Assembly (NCBI GenBank): GCA_947259415.1
Contig: CAMYMI010000001.1
Span: forward strand, 100,880 to 164,879
Length of the DNA: 64,000 bases
Source of the DNA: an uncultured Ectothiorhodospiraceae bacterium
GTDB lineage: Bacteria; Pseudomonadota; Gammaproteobacteria; UBA9214
Direction of reading: 5' to 3'
How positions within the stretch are numbered: the first letter of the stretch is position 1; each line of letters starts with the position of its first letter. Below, in pieces: positions 31,339 through 41,275 of the stretch. The notes beneath the pieces were generated by a model, which had not been told where the DNA came from, made no database searches, and saw nothing but the letters and a program-made list of their open reading frames with translations. The position numbers and the translations under genes were made by a program.

Positions 31339-31743
31339 CTAGGTCGCTTCCCGGGGACTTGTCCCGTCGATATAGAACCAGTGCCCATCCTGCCTGATAA
31401 AGCGACTGGTCTCGTGCAGACGCGCAGCCCGGCCCCCGACCTTGAAGCGCGCAATGAACTCGACCGTTCCGGCAGAGTCATTGCCGCTGCCGGCCGCGCA
31501 GGCCCTGATCTCCAGGCCCAGCCACTTGGTCGCCGGCTCCCGGGCCAGGTCCAGTGACGCGGGCCGGGTCGAGGCATGCCAGGTCTCCAGCAGGTAGGCT
31601 GCATCGTTCATTACAAAAGCGGAATAACGCGAACGCATCAAGGCCTCCGCCGTGTCGGGCGTTGTTTCACGCGCATGGTAGGGTCCGCAACAGGCGGCAT
31701 ACTCTCTGGCCGTGCCGCAGGGACACCATGGATCGGCAGGCAT
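31339..31743 (-). CDS. ychJ: YchJ-family (UPF0225) protein with N-terminal SEC-C motif
   Basis: CPCGTAREYAACCGPYH, then LMRSRYSAFV...WLGLEI...SRFIRQDGHWFYIDG. ATG 31743 chosen. Confidence 0.85.
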   Translation of the reverse strand: MPADPWCPCGTAREYAACCGPYHARETTPDTAEALMRSRYSAFVMNDAAYLLETWHASTRPASLDLAREPATKWLGLEIRACAAGSGNDSAGTVEFIARFKVGGRAARLHETSRFIRQDGHWFYIDGTSPREAT

Positions 31744-31857
31744 CACTCCCCCGTGATCGATATCACAAGACGACCTTGAAAACCGGGCACTCAATAAGGT
31801 AACCGGTGACTTCCACTCAAGTATAATTTACTTCAGGCATACCAGGACACACGCATC

Positions 31858-32178
31858 ATGGCCGATAAGCCAGCCGAACTCAATGGTGAAGAACTGCACA
31901 GGAAACTGAACCTCGAAACCGGTCGACTGGGCTGGCCTGAACTACAACGCCATTTCGCCCGCGGGACCGTGATCACCCTGTCCGCGGAACTGGACCTGGT
32001 CGAAGTCGCAGCAAGTTTTGCGCAGGACGACAATACCCGTGTCGAGCAGTGGCTCGAACGGGGCAACATCTGGCGCGCCACCGATGCGGATGCGCTGCGC
32101 TGGAGCAGTTACGATCCGGCGTTCTGGGCAATCGTCGTGGCACCCTGGGTACTGGTACAGGAGATCAGCCTGCATTAG
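31858..32178 (+). CDS. DUF2288-like small protein
   Basis: 106 aa. The LNLETGRLGWPELQRHFARG...FWAIVVAPWVLVQE pattern matches DUF2288 as I recall it. Confidence 0.6.
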   Translation: MADKPAELNGEELHRKLNLETGRLGWPELQRHFARGTVITLSAELDLVEVAASFAQDDNTRVEQWLERGNIWRATDADALRWSSYDPAFWAIVVAPWVLVQEISLH

Positions 32179-32209
32179 CAAAGTCAAACTGGATACAGGA
32201 GCATATGAA

Positions 32210-33598
32210 ATGACAGACACAGCGTTTCGCCTGATGGCACTGCGATCCTGTTGCGAGTTACTTCTCCCCGCACTGGTGCTGCTTTGCACTCTGGTCGATG
32301 GCGCTTATGCCAGGGTAGCGCCACCGGGCAACAGCATCGCCCCGATGCTGGAGCAGGTATTGCCGACGGTGGTCAACATATCGACCCGTACCCGGGTCAC
32401 CATCCAAAGCCATCCCTTGCTGGATGACCCCTTCTTCCGGCGCTTCTTCGACCTGCCCGGTGAACAGCGACGGGAACGCAAGCAACACAGCCTGGGCTCG
32501 GGCGTCATCGTCAACGCCGCCAAGGGCTACATCCTGACCAATCATCATGTGATCGAGGGCGCCGACGCAATTACCGTCACCCTGCGTGACCAGCGCCAGT
32601 TCAGCGCAGAAGTGGTGGGCGCCGACCCGGAGGTGGACCTTGCACTGTTGCGCATCAAGGCCGAAGGACTGACAGCACTCAAGATCGCGGATTCAGAGAA
32701 ACTGCGTGTCGGCGACTTCGTGGTAGCAATCGGGAACCCCTTCGGGCTTGGACAAACCGTCACCTACGGCATCGTCAGTGCCTTGGGACGCACCGGCCTG
32801 GGTATCGAGGGTATCGAGGACTTCATCCAGACCGACGCCTCCATCAACCCCGGTAACTCCGGCGGTCCACTGGTAAACATGCGCGGCGAACTGGTCGGGA
32901 TCAACACGGCGATCGTCGGCACGAGCGGTGGCAACGTCGGCATCGGCTTCGCCATACCCAGCAGCATGGCCCGCACGATCATGGAACACCTTGCAGAATA
33001 CGGTGATGTACGCCGCGGACAGCTGGGGCTGGTGACACAGGACCTCACCCCCGAGCTCGCGCGCGCCTTTGGCATGCAACAGCAGCGCGGGGCCATTGTC
33101 GCCCAGGTGACGCCGGGGTCGGCGGCCGAAACAGCCGGCCTGCAGCCCGGCGACGTGATTGTTTCCCTAAATGGGCGACAGCTCGGTGGTTCAAGGGACC
33201 TGCGCAATGCCATTGGCATGCTACGTGTGGGAACGCGTGTCCGGCTCGATGTACTGCGCAAGGGAAGGCCTGTGACGTTCCATGCCGTGATCGCAGATCC
33301 GCTTGCAACGGCCACTGCCGCCGGCCAGTCGAGCAAACACCTGGCTGGCGCCATCCTTGGCAACCTCCTGGATAATCATGCACTCGCGGGACAGGTGCAG
33401 GGGGTACAGGTCCTGGATGTGGAACGCGGCAGCCCCGCCTGGTCGGCCGGCTTGCGTGCCGATGACATAATTGTATCGATCAATGAGCAGGCACTTGCAT
33501 CGGTGGACGATGTCGCTGTCGCCACCAAGCGCAACCCGGATACACTGCTGATGAATATCCGTCGCGGGAACGGGGCACTGTATATCGTGATCCGCTAG
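32210..33598 (+). CDS. Periplasmic serine endoprotease, DegP/DegQ family (2 PDZ)
   Basis: Catalytic TNHHV, D, and GNSGGPL motifs, followed by two PDZ-like regions. The signal peptide begins at ATG 32210 (verified). Confidence 0.93.
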   Translation: MTDTAFRLMALRSCCELLLPALVLLCTLVDGAYARVAPPGNSIAPMLEQVLPTVVNISTRTRVTIQSHPLLDDPFFRRFFDLPGEQRRERKQHSLGSGVIVNAAKGYILTNHHVIEGADAITVTLRDQRQFSAEVVGADPEVDLALLRIKAEGLTALKIADSEKLRVGDFVVAIGNPFGLGQTVTYGIVSALGRTGLGIEGIEDFIQTDASINPGNSGGPLVNMRGELVGINTAIVGTSGGNVGIGFAIPSSMARTIMEHLAEYGDVRRGQLGLVTQDLTPELARAFGMQQQRGAIVAQVTPGSAAETAGLQPGDVIVSLNGRQLGGSRDLRNAIGMLRVGTRVRLDVLRKGRPVTFHAVIADPLATATAAGQSSKHLAGAILGNLLDNHALAGQVQGVQVLDVERGSPAWSAGLRADDIIVSINEQALASVDDVAVATKRNPDTLLMNIRRGNGALYIVIR

Positions 33599-33622
33599 CT
33601 GTCGGGCAGAATCTTCCCCCGG

Positions 33623-34918
33623 CTAACGCTGCCCGATCGGCAGATAATCGCGCTGTTTCTCACCCACGTACAATTGCCGCGGCCGACCTATGCGCTGGTC
33701 TTCCTCGCCGATCATCTCCATCCACTGGGCCACCCAGCCCACGGTGCGCGCGATAGCAAACATCACTGTGAACATGTTGGCGGGTATTCCCAGTGCCTTG
33801 TAGATGAGTCCTGAGTAGAAATCGACGTTCGGGTAGAGATTGCGTTGAATGAAATATTCGTCGCTGCGTGTAATCTCCTCCAGGCGCAGCGCCAGTTCGA
33901 ACATCGGGTCATTATCCTTGCCAAGCTTTTCCAGTACCTCATGGCACATCTTGCGAATAATCCGCGCGCGCGGATCATAGTTCTTGTAGACCCGGTGACC
34001 GAAGCCCATCAGGCGAAACGGGTCTTCCCGGTCCCTGGCACGCTCGAGGTATTTCGGCACATTACCGACATCGCTGATCTCATCCAGCATTTTAAGCACG
34101 GCCTCGTTGGCCCCGCCATGTGCCGGGCCCCACAGCGCCGCGATACCGGAAGCGATACAGGCGAACGGATTGGCTCCGGAACTGCCCGCCAGGCGCACGG
34201 TGGAGGTACTGGCATTCTGTTCATGGTCGGCGTGCAGTATGAATATCAGGTCCAGTGCCTTTTCCGCGACCGGATCGATCTCGTACTCCTCGCACGGTAC
34301 ACTGAACATCATATTCAGCAGGTTGCCGGTATAACTGAGGGAATTCTCGGGGTAGACCTGGGGCTCACCGATGGAATGCTTGTAACTTGCCGCAGCGATA
34401 CTCGGCATCTTGGCGATCATACGGTGCGCCGCGATCTCGCGGTGCCTGGGATTGTTGATATCGGTGGAATCGTGATAAAAGGCCGACAGGGAGCCAACCA
34501 CGCCTACCATGATCGCCATGGGATGTGCATCATGATAGAAACCGCGGAAAAACCCTTTCAGCGACTCGTTCAGCATGCTGTGATGGGTGATCGAATCCTG
34601 GAAACTGTCAAGCTGCGCCCGGTTCGGCAACTCGCCGTGCAACATCAGGTAGGCAACCTCGATAAAACTGCTGTGTTCCGCCAGCTGCTCGATCGGGTAA
34701 CCACCGTATTGCAGCATACCCTGTTTCCCGTCCAGGTAGGTCAGGCTGCTGTGACAGCTGGCCGTGGACAGGAAGCCGGGATCATAGGTGAAATAGCCGG
34801 TCTCGCGCAGGAATCGGCCAATATCCACCGCATCCGGACCCTGAGTCGACGATCTGATGGGTAACTCGATCTGTTTACCGGTTCTGTTGTCGATGACGGT
34901 TACAGTATTCTTGGCCAT
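33623..34918 (-). CDS. gltA: Citrate synthase (type II)
   Basis: Full-length match to GltA-type enzymes ([26 protein letters not shown]). Confidence 0.96.
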   Translation of the reverse strand: MAKNTVTVIDNRTGKQIELPIRSSTQGPDAVDIGRFLRETGYFTYDPGFLSTASCHSSLTYLDGKQGMLQYGGYPIEQLAEHSSFIEVAYLMLHGELPNRAQLDSFQDSITHHSMLNESLKGFFRGFYHDAHPMAIMVGVVGSLSAFYHDSTDINNPRHREIAAHRMIAKMPSIAAASYKHSIGEPQVYPENSLSYTGNLLNMMFSVPCEEYEIDPVAEKALDLIFILHADHEQNASTSTVRLAGSSGANPFACIASGIAALWGPAHGGANEAVLKMLDEISDVGNVPKYLERARDREDPFRLMGFGHRVYKNYDPRARIIRKMCHEVLEKLGKDNDPMFELALRLEEITRSDEYFIQRNLYPNVDFYSGLIYKALGIPANMFTVMFAIARTVGWVAQWMEMIGEEDQRIGRPRQLYVGEKQRDYLPIGQR

Positions 34919-35025
34919 CAGCTGATCCTCTACATACGTTAAATGCGGGCCATACCGGTTAAAGATATGGCATTGGGGGATGGTGACAATAACACTCAGC
35001 AGCGCTTGTATCCGGACCTTCCTGC

Positions 35026-35562
35026 CTAACGGTCGGCGGGTGGGTCCGTGTTGTTCAGCCTGATGTATACAACCGATGCCTTGAGGTCCGAAACATCCGT
35101 ATTTTCGTAGCCGGGGGATGTCTGCACCTGTGTTACACCGAATCCTGCCATGTCTACAGGCGAAAGAAAATAATAGTTCGGGGCATTATACGGAGGCATC
35201 TTGCCCACCCAGCAAAGATACTGGTCGACCCCGATACGAGTAAAGAAGTCCCGCTCGAGCCTGACCAGCCGCTCCACCTCAGCACGAACCTGTTCTCTGG
35301 CCGTCGCAGCGTCTTCGCCATAGCGTTGCATGCGGACAGCAATATCGTCCGTCCACAGCCCGGTCGCTTTCAGGTGATGGTAATTGCCATGCCAGGCAAC
35401 AACGGCGCCGGGCGCGACAGTCTTTCGCCTGGCCGCCGGAAAGACATAATTGGCACAGGATGAAAGACAATATTCGGGCACTTCCACGTCCAGCCGGTGT
35501 TCGAAGACCCACGTTCCCAGCGTGATGCCCGCCTCCACCTCACCGCCGCTGGAGGTAATCAC
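35026..35562 (-). CDS. ClpP/crotonase-fold periplasmic protein (COG3904-like); true start probably upstream at a non-canonical codon
   Basis: The [13 protein letters not shown] and [10 protein letters not shown] motifs fit this fold. The frame stays open up to the stop at 35749-35751 and encodes a signal peptide, but contains no ATG/GTG/TTG (see finding). Confidence 0.6.
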   Translation of the reverse strand: MITSSGGEVEAGITLGTWVFEHRLDVEVPEYCLSSCANYVFPAARRKTVAPGAVVAWHGNYHHLKATGLWTDDIAVRMQRYGEDAATAREQVRAEVERLVRLERDFFTRIGVDQYLCWVGKMPPYNAPNYYFLSPVDMAGFGVTQVQTSPGYENTDVSDLKASVVYIRLNNTDPPADR

Positions 35563-35767
35563 CAGACGTGTTACCGGCCGGCCTGCTAACCCGGAAAAGA
35601 ACCGTTGGTTCTCCTCCGTCGATATCGGCCCGCTGTAGTAGGCAACATCACCCGACCACCGGCTATTGGCGTGGGCAATGCTGGATAGCCAGAGTGCCGG
35701 CAGCCAGACAAGAAGGATTATGAAGGACTCTTTGATAATAAGCGCGGCCTATCCCGGTTAAGTGGCT

Positions 35768-38134
35768 TCAATTGCGCTCCTGCCGCTCCTCTTTATCAGT
35801 TTCCGTTGCAACACCCCGATTCGCAACAGGGACCACGCCGTCAAGGCAGAAACTGAATCTGTTTCCACCTTCCCCCTTCGCCAGGTACATGGCCATATCG
35901 GCCTGCTTGACCAATTTGCTCTCGTCCCTGCCATCTTCGGGATAAACACTGATACCGACGCTGGCAGAAATAAACATCCGCTGCGTCCCGACACTATAAG
36001 GCTTCTGTAGCTCATGGAGAATCCTTTCTGCGATACTGACCACATCTACCAACTCCTCTATCCCTTCGAGAATGATAGTGAATTCATCCCCACCATAGCG
36101 CGTAACCGTATCCGACTCGCGCACCGTGGTCACCAGCCGATCAGCTACCTGCTGCAACAGTTCATCACCCACCATATGGCCCAGGGTGTCATTAATACCC
36201 TTGAAGCCGTCAAGATCCACGAATAGCAGTGCAACCCGTTTGCCTGTCCGTCGGGTTTGGTGAAGCGCGTGTGTCAGACGGTCGTTGAACAATGCCCGGT
36301 TGGGCAGGTCGGTCAAGGGGTCATGATAGGCCAGGTGTTTGACGCGCTCATGAACGTTCTCGAGGGCGGTGATATCGGTAAACACGTTCACATAGTTTGT
36401 GACAATACCCGCCTCGTTCCTGACCACACTGATACTGGTCCAGTGCGGATAGGCCTCACCATTCTCACGGCGATGCCATACCTCGCCCTGCCAGCAGTCT
36501 TGATCCCGCAGCGTGACGAAGATTTTTTCAAAAAATGCCTGGTCATGCCTGTCGGACTTCAGGATATCGAACTTCTTGCCGAGCACGTCTGCCTCGACAT
36601 GGCCGGTCATACCGGTGAATGCACGGTTGACTGCAGTGATATTCCAGTCGGCGTCAGTCACCAGGACGCCTTCGTTGGAGTTGTCGAATACAGTTGCCGC
36701 CTGACGCAACTTGGCATCAGAATCATGACGTTCACTGATGTCCATAATAATTGCCACGAAGCTCTGCCGCTCCCCGAGCTTGGCAGGCTGGAGGTGCACT
36801 TCTACCGGGTACAGGCTGCCGTCCTTGCGGCGGTGTACGGTCTCGAAACACAGGCGATCCAGGCTTCCGTCCTGCAGCGCTGCCAGCTGGCGATCGAATG
36901 ATTCCCGGGACAATTCAGGCTTGATATCGATTGGCGTCATTCCGGTCAATTCATTCATGGTGTAACCGAGGTTATTGCGCGCCCCCCGGTTGACATCCAG
37001 GAATTGCAGTGTATCCGCATCAAAAATGTAGATTTCATTGAGCGAATCCTCGAGTATCCGCCCGAGGTTGTTCACCATATCCTGGTTCTGGGAACGCCGG
37101 CGCATCTCCCTGAGCAGGTGAATGTTCGCCGTCGACAGATCACGGGTTTTGTCTGCTACTCGCTGTTCAATTTCAGATTGATATTGTTCGAGTCGCTGCA
37201 ATGCCATTTTACGTTCATGTAATACGACAGCCAGCGCCAGCACGGTGAGGCTGATGATGCTCATAAAGGCCTGCAACATCAACAATGACTCATTCAGATC
37301 GTGGTGCAGAAAAGGGCCAAATCCATTCACCGTCCCCCGGATTGCATACAGCGAGATAATGGTGACCACCAGGGTGGTACCGCGCCTCCCGAAGCGTAAT
37401 GCCGCCCAGATCATGGCAGGGATCATCAGAAACGCCAGCGGGTAGTTTTCGGCCCCCAGGTGGAACCAGCCGCTGAACACAAGCTGGGCGGTGAACATAA
37501 GCGTGATGGCCAGTGCCAGACCCTCAGCGATACGCAGCCAATTCCAGTGCACGACAGGTTTAGTCGCCCAGGCGAGGAACAGCGGGGCAAACACGATGAC
37601 ACCGGCCGCGTCACCCAGCCACCAGGTCAGCCAGAGCTCTCCCGAACCTTCGGGAGTGGCAGACCCCGTTGCGACCAGGGCGGTCACCCCAAGCGTGGCA
37701 CTCACTATTGTGGCTGTCAGCCCACCACCGACCACGAGTGCCAGCAGGCCCTGGCGATTGTCCAGCGGATTGCGGCACCCGCAGAATTGAGATACCAGAA
37801 CCGCACCCACTATCCCGGCCAGGGTGTTGCTCCCCGCCACCATGATTGATGTCATCCACGGCATAGCGTTCCAGAAGTTGGCTATGAAGGCACCCGCCAG
37901 GATGGCCGGCCACATCCGGGTTCCAAATAACAGCAGGGCCGCGAGGGCGATACCACTGGGTGGCCACACCGCCGTCACGTTGCCGTGCACCACCGCCAGC
38001 TGTAACCCCAACTGGGCTGAGGCGATATACAGCAGGGTCACTCCGAGTGCCACGAGCACCCTGTGTAACCGCTTCGTCAGTGCTATAAACGCATGACAGG
38101 ATGTCCCCGAGACTGGATTTGCTATATCGATCAC
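35768..38134 (-). CDS. Sensor diguanylate cyclase (MASE1 - PAS - PAS - GGDEF)
   Basis: N-terminal polytopic MASE1-like region, two PAS-like regions, and a C-terminal RYGGDEFTIIL active site with an upstream RxxD-like site. Confidence 0.92.
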   Translation of the reverse strand: MIDIANPVSGTSCHAFIALTKRLHRVLVALGVTLLYIASAQLGLQLAVVHGNVTAVWPPSGIALAALLLFGTRMWPAILAGAFIANFWNAMPWMTSIMVAGSNTLAGIVGAVLVSQFCGCRNPLDNRQGLLALVVGGGLTATIVSATLGVTALVATGSATPEGSGELWLTWWLGDAAGVIVFAPLFLAWATKPVVHWNWLRIAEGLALAITLMFTAQLVFSGWFHLGAENYPLAFLMIPAMIWAALRFGRRGTTLVVTIISLYAIRGTVNGFGPFLHHDLNESLLMLQAFMSIISLTVLALAVVLHERKMALQRLEQYQSEIEQRVADKTRDLSTANIHLLREMRRRSQNQDMVNNLGRILEDSLNEIYIFDADTLQFLDVNRGARNNLGYTMNELTGMTPIDIKPELSRESFDRQLAALQDGSLDRLCFETVHRRKDGSLYPVEVHLQPAKLGERQSFVAIIMDISERHDSDAKLRQAATVFDNSNEGVLVTDADWNITAVNRAFTGMTGHVEADVLGKKFDILKSDRHDQAFFEKIFVTLRDQDCWQGEVWHRRENGEAYPHWTSISVVRNEAGIVTNYVNVFTDITALENVHERVKHLAYHDPLTDLPNRALFNDRLTHALHQTRRTGKRVALLFVDLDGFKGINDTLGHMVGDELLQQVADRLVTTVRESDTVTRYGGDEFTIILEGIEELVDVVSIAERILHELQKPYSVGTQRMFISASVGISVYPEDGRDESKLVKQADMAMYLAKGEGGNRFSFCLDGVVPVANRGVATETDKEERQERN

Positions 38135-38341
38135 AGATTATTTTCCATAGAAATCAATTAGCTAGGGATTTGTAGCAAAATTAGCGGGTTATATTCCCCC
38201 ATACCCGGAATAGATCGGTCCAGCAGTGGATTTCTTTACCCGGCCCGGATGGCCCGTTGAATAGGCCGGACTGGCTGTTCTGTACCCGGATTCGGCAGCA
38301 CGCAGGGCATCGAGCCTGCATTGAATCCGAGAGGCCGGTCC

Positions 38342-38719
38342 TCAGTGGATGGGAGTGAACTGTACGGGGACCTGCTTGCGGTAGTCCTGGTCGAAGATAA
38401 GCTCGATGGAGACGTCATCCTCGTTGTCCTCGAACTTGACCTGCTTGAGGTCGGGCAGGCGGTTTGCCAGGTAACTGCACAGGGCGGCAGCCATGGGTTC
38501 ATCATCGGACTTGATGGCGTACAGCAGGTTGGCGGCCACGAACTGCACACGCTGGTTTTCGTCAGGCTGCGCTATGGTGTGCTCACCTACGAGGATTCCG
38601 GCATCCATCCTGGCATCCATCTTTTCCAGGTAGACGGCCTGATGATCCGGCAGCGGCTTGTCACGGTCGTATTCCAGCTGCGCTATCCCGTTCAGAAAAA
38701 CCGCCATCATGTTGCTCAT
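38342..38719 (-). CDS. Hypothetical protein, last gene of the PspA-like operon
   Basis: About 125 aa from ATG 38719, which has AGGACAGGA upstream. Alternative starts at 38767 and 38788. No recognisable domain. Confidence 0.5.
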   Translation of the reverse strand: MSNMMAVFLNGIAQLEYDRDKPLPDHQAVYLEKMDARMDAGILVGEHTIAQPDENQRVQFVAANLLYAIKSDDEPMAAALCSYLANRLPDLKQVKFEDNEDDVSIELIFDQDYRKQVPVQFTPIH

Positions 38720-38814
38720 ACCGGGTCCTGTCCTGATTTCCTGGCCGGCTTTGATTATAACCTTCATGCGCACGGCCCGGTATTGCAACCGGGCCGTGCT
38801 GAGGGCATTTCGAC

Positions 38815-40035
38815 TCAGTAGTCGGGCGCGTCGGCCTCATAACGCAGGCCCAGCTTGCCGGCCTGTACCTGCACCGCACTGTAGATCTTGTGGTCGAGCG
38901 AGTCCCTGGCGCCGCCGAGTTCCTCGACCTTCTTTTCAAGATAGGCCGAACGTTGCGCTGCCAGCTCCTGCACCTGATGTCGCAGAGCGTTGCGGCGTGC
39001 CGCTGTCTCGGTAATCAGCGCCTCCTGCTCTGCCGGCGCCATGACCTGCATCGCAGCCGGCAGTTTGTCTCTGTCGATACCGGACAGGTCGACGCGCCCA
39101 CTGGTCACATCATCGACCAGTTCGCCATCGCCGAGAAAATTGGATGCGCCGCTCTTCGAGACATTGAACGCTGCCCTGCGGGCGCGCGACTCGACCGAGG
39201 ATTCAGCGTGCAGCTTGTCGGCTGCATTCAGCTTCAGGCGCTGTTTTTCCTTATCCTCTTCGGTGCCGTAGTAAAGTCGCGTATCATCGAGCCTGGCTGA
39301 CAGCCGCGCGAGTTTCTCGTCAAAGGGCGTGGCTATCGCCACGGCACTACCCGCCTGCTCTACCTGGAAATAGCGGCCATGACCGAGGTCGGCAATCCGC
39401 TCCCATTCCTGTTTTGCCGAACCGTTATGGCCGCACTGGATCGTATTTACCGCGATGCCTCGCGCTGTAGCGGCGGCCAGGCTTTCCGGATACTTGATGT
39501 CGTCCTGATAATCCATGTGCGGTGGCGCATCACCGACCAGGAACACCACCCGGTAGGCCTGGCTGTCCTGGCTCCAGGAGATCTTGTGGACCGCGTCATG
39601 CAGGGCCTGGTTCACGCTTTCCGGGCCGTCGCCACCGCCATTGGCCTGGAAGTCCATCAGGGTTGCATACACGGAGTCCAGGTCATCCGACAGGTCCACC
39701 ACCCGGGTCACATAGGCATCGCCACGGTCACGGTAGGCAACCAGGCCCATGCGGATATCGGGTGCCGGTTGCGCCGAGGCCATGGTGGTGGCGATCGACC
39801 AGATCTTCTCCTTGGCGGCCTGAATCAGCCCGCCCATACTGCCGGTGGTGTCCAGTACAAATACGACATCGACCCGGGGCCGTTCACCGGTCTGCGGGTC
39901 AATCACCGGCAGGTCGATCGTGACCGGGTCGAGCGACGGTTTTATCAGCGTGCCCGCACTCTGGTACGCCGGGTAGAAGGCTACGCTTGCGGCAGTCGCC
40001 ATGAATAATGCCATTGCAATGATTCTCGGTTTCAT
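38815..40035 (-). CDS. Secreted or anchored von Willebrand factor A domain protein with C-terminal coiled coil
   Basis: N-terminal hydrophobic segment and a MIDAS-like VFVLDTTGSMGG. The C-terminal 150 aa or so are helical and charged. ATG 40035 has a perfect AGGAGG RBS; the track start at 40185 is rejected. Confidence 0.85.
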   Translation of the reverse strand: MKPRIIAMALFMATAASVAFYPAYQSAGTLIKPSLDPVTIDLPVIDPQTGERPRVDVVFVLDTTGSMGGLIQAAKEKIWSIATTMASAQPAPDIRMGLVAYRDRGDAYVTRVVDLSDDLDSVYATLMDFQANGGGDGPESVNQALHDAVHKISWSQDSQAYRVVFLVGDAPPHMDYQDDIKYPESLAAATARGIAVNTIQCGHNGSAKQEWERIADLGHGRYFQVEQAGSAVAIATPFDEKLARLSARLDDTRLYYGTEEDKEKQRLKLNAADKLHAESSVESRARRAAFNVSKSGASNFLGDGELVDDVTSGRVDLSGIDRDKLPAAMQVMAPAEQEALITETAARRNALRHQVQELAAQRSAYLEKKVEELGGARDSLDHKIYSAVQVQAGKLGLRYEADAPDY

Positions 40036-40054
40036 TTTATTGCCTCCTGAAGAT

Positions 40055-40624
40055 TCAATTGATTGAAGTGAGTTTGCGCAGCGCCCCTTCGGCGGCGCGG
40101 TAGGCGTGCTGAAAACGGTCCCCGGTGTCGTCTTCGGTGCGCCCGGATGACGGCTTGTGGCCGAGTCGTGCCGGGATAGCGACAAACAGCGCCTGTACCA
40201 GGAAGAAACACCAGAGACTGAGAAACAGGCTGCCCGTCTGCAACGTTGCCCAGACCGCCGCCACCAGGCCCAGGCTATTCAGGCCCAGATCGGCCAGAGC
40301 GGAAAGCAAGCCGGAATGAAAATACAGCGAGCGGATCAGCCAGATGAACCCGGCATGCGCCAGCACATACAAAAGCAGCGGCGGCTCCAGCCAAAAGAGC
40401 GCCAGCGCCACCACAGCCCAGGCAGCCAGCGTGGTGACGCGACCCACGCGTTCACGGCTGCGAGCCAGCAGGTAAATGACATAAACCAGGCTGCTGGCAG
40501 CGATCAGCAGACGCAATACCGCAGCGCCGCCGAATACCGGGCCCAGGACAGCAAACAGCACACTGGCAAAAATGCTCACACCCAGCGCCAATCCGACACC
40601 CTCCATGAAGCCCGGGCGTTTCAT
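40055..40624 (-). CDS. Polytopic membrane protein (unknown family)
   Basis: 189 aa with 5-6 hydrophobic helices. The start overlaps the PspA-like stop (ATGA). Confidence 0.6.
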   Translation of the reverse strand: MKRPGFMEGVGLALGVSIFASVLFAVLGPVFGGAAVLRLLIAASSLVYVIYLLARSRERVGRVTTLAAWAVVALALFWLEPPLLLYVLAHAGFIWLIRSLYFHSGLLSALADLGLNSLGLVAAVWATLQTGSLFLSLWCFFLVQALFVAIPARLGHKPSSGRTEDDTGDRFQHAYRAAEGALRKLTSIN

Positions 40625-41157
40625 GACAACCCCCTCTTCTGCCGTTCACGCAGAAAGGCGACCTCCACATCTGCATCACGCACAGAGGTGTCCGGAGTCG
40701 TCCAGCTGTCATCGGAATGACCTGGTGCATTATCTGCGGCCAGCAGTTCTGCCTTTTGGCGCATGCTGTCCAGCCGCGCCCGGTTCTCGTCGACTCGTTC
40801 CTCGAGTCCGGCCAGTGCCGTTTCAAAAGCCTCGCGTTTACGGGCGAGAAAACGGGTAAACTGCTCCGCCTCCAGCTTGCGCCTGATCAGTGCACGGGCA
40901 AGGTCATCCTTGCCGGATTCGAAGCAGACATCCAGCTCCGACTCGATTCCCTCCAGGGACTGCTTTATGTCCCTGTGCCGGTTGACCAGCTGCCCGTGTT
41001 CATGGGTTTGTATCTTGATGCGCTGTTCATCGCGGGCAAGTTCCTCCTCCATCTCCCGAACGGCCTGCCGCAGCAGCACATCGGGTTCTTCAACAAGGTC
41101 GAGGACCGCATGAAGATCGGCCCGTAACAGTCTCGATACGCGGGTTATCAATGCCAT
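40621..41157 (-). CDS. PspA/IM30-family protein (short, 178 aa)
   Basis: N-terminus ITRVSRLLRADLHAVLDLVEEPDVLLRQAVREMEEEL aligns with E. coli PspA [37 protein letters not shown], and DDLARALIRRKLEAEQ is also present. Confidence 0.85.
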   Translation of the reverse strand: MALITRVSRLLRADLHAVLDLVEEPDVLLRQAVREMEEELARDEQRIKIQTHEHGQLVNRHRDIKQSLEGIESELDVCFESGKDDLARALIRRKLEAEQFTRFLARKREAFETALAGLEERVDENRARLDSMRQKAELLAADNAPGHSDDSWTTPDTSVRDADVEVAFLRERQKRGLS

Positions 41158-41238
41158 GGTTCACCTCCTTTTCGAATACTTCGGTTGACTGTGAATTCAG
41201 TCTAGGAGGCGCACCGGAACGCCGGTAGACAGGCTTTG

Positions 41239-41275
41239 GTAAAACTTCTACCGGCGGTTTTACAAAAGATTTACA
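41239..41275. promoter_or_regulatory. Candidate response-regulator operator (inverted plus direct repeats)
   Basis: GTAAAAC (41239-41245) and GTTTTAC (41257-41263) form an inverted repeat. TTTACA occurs at 41259-41264 and again at 41270-41275, an 11-bp period. All lie in the divergent intergenic region. Confidence 0.3.
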
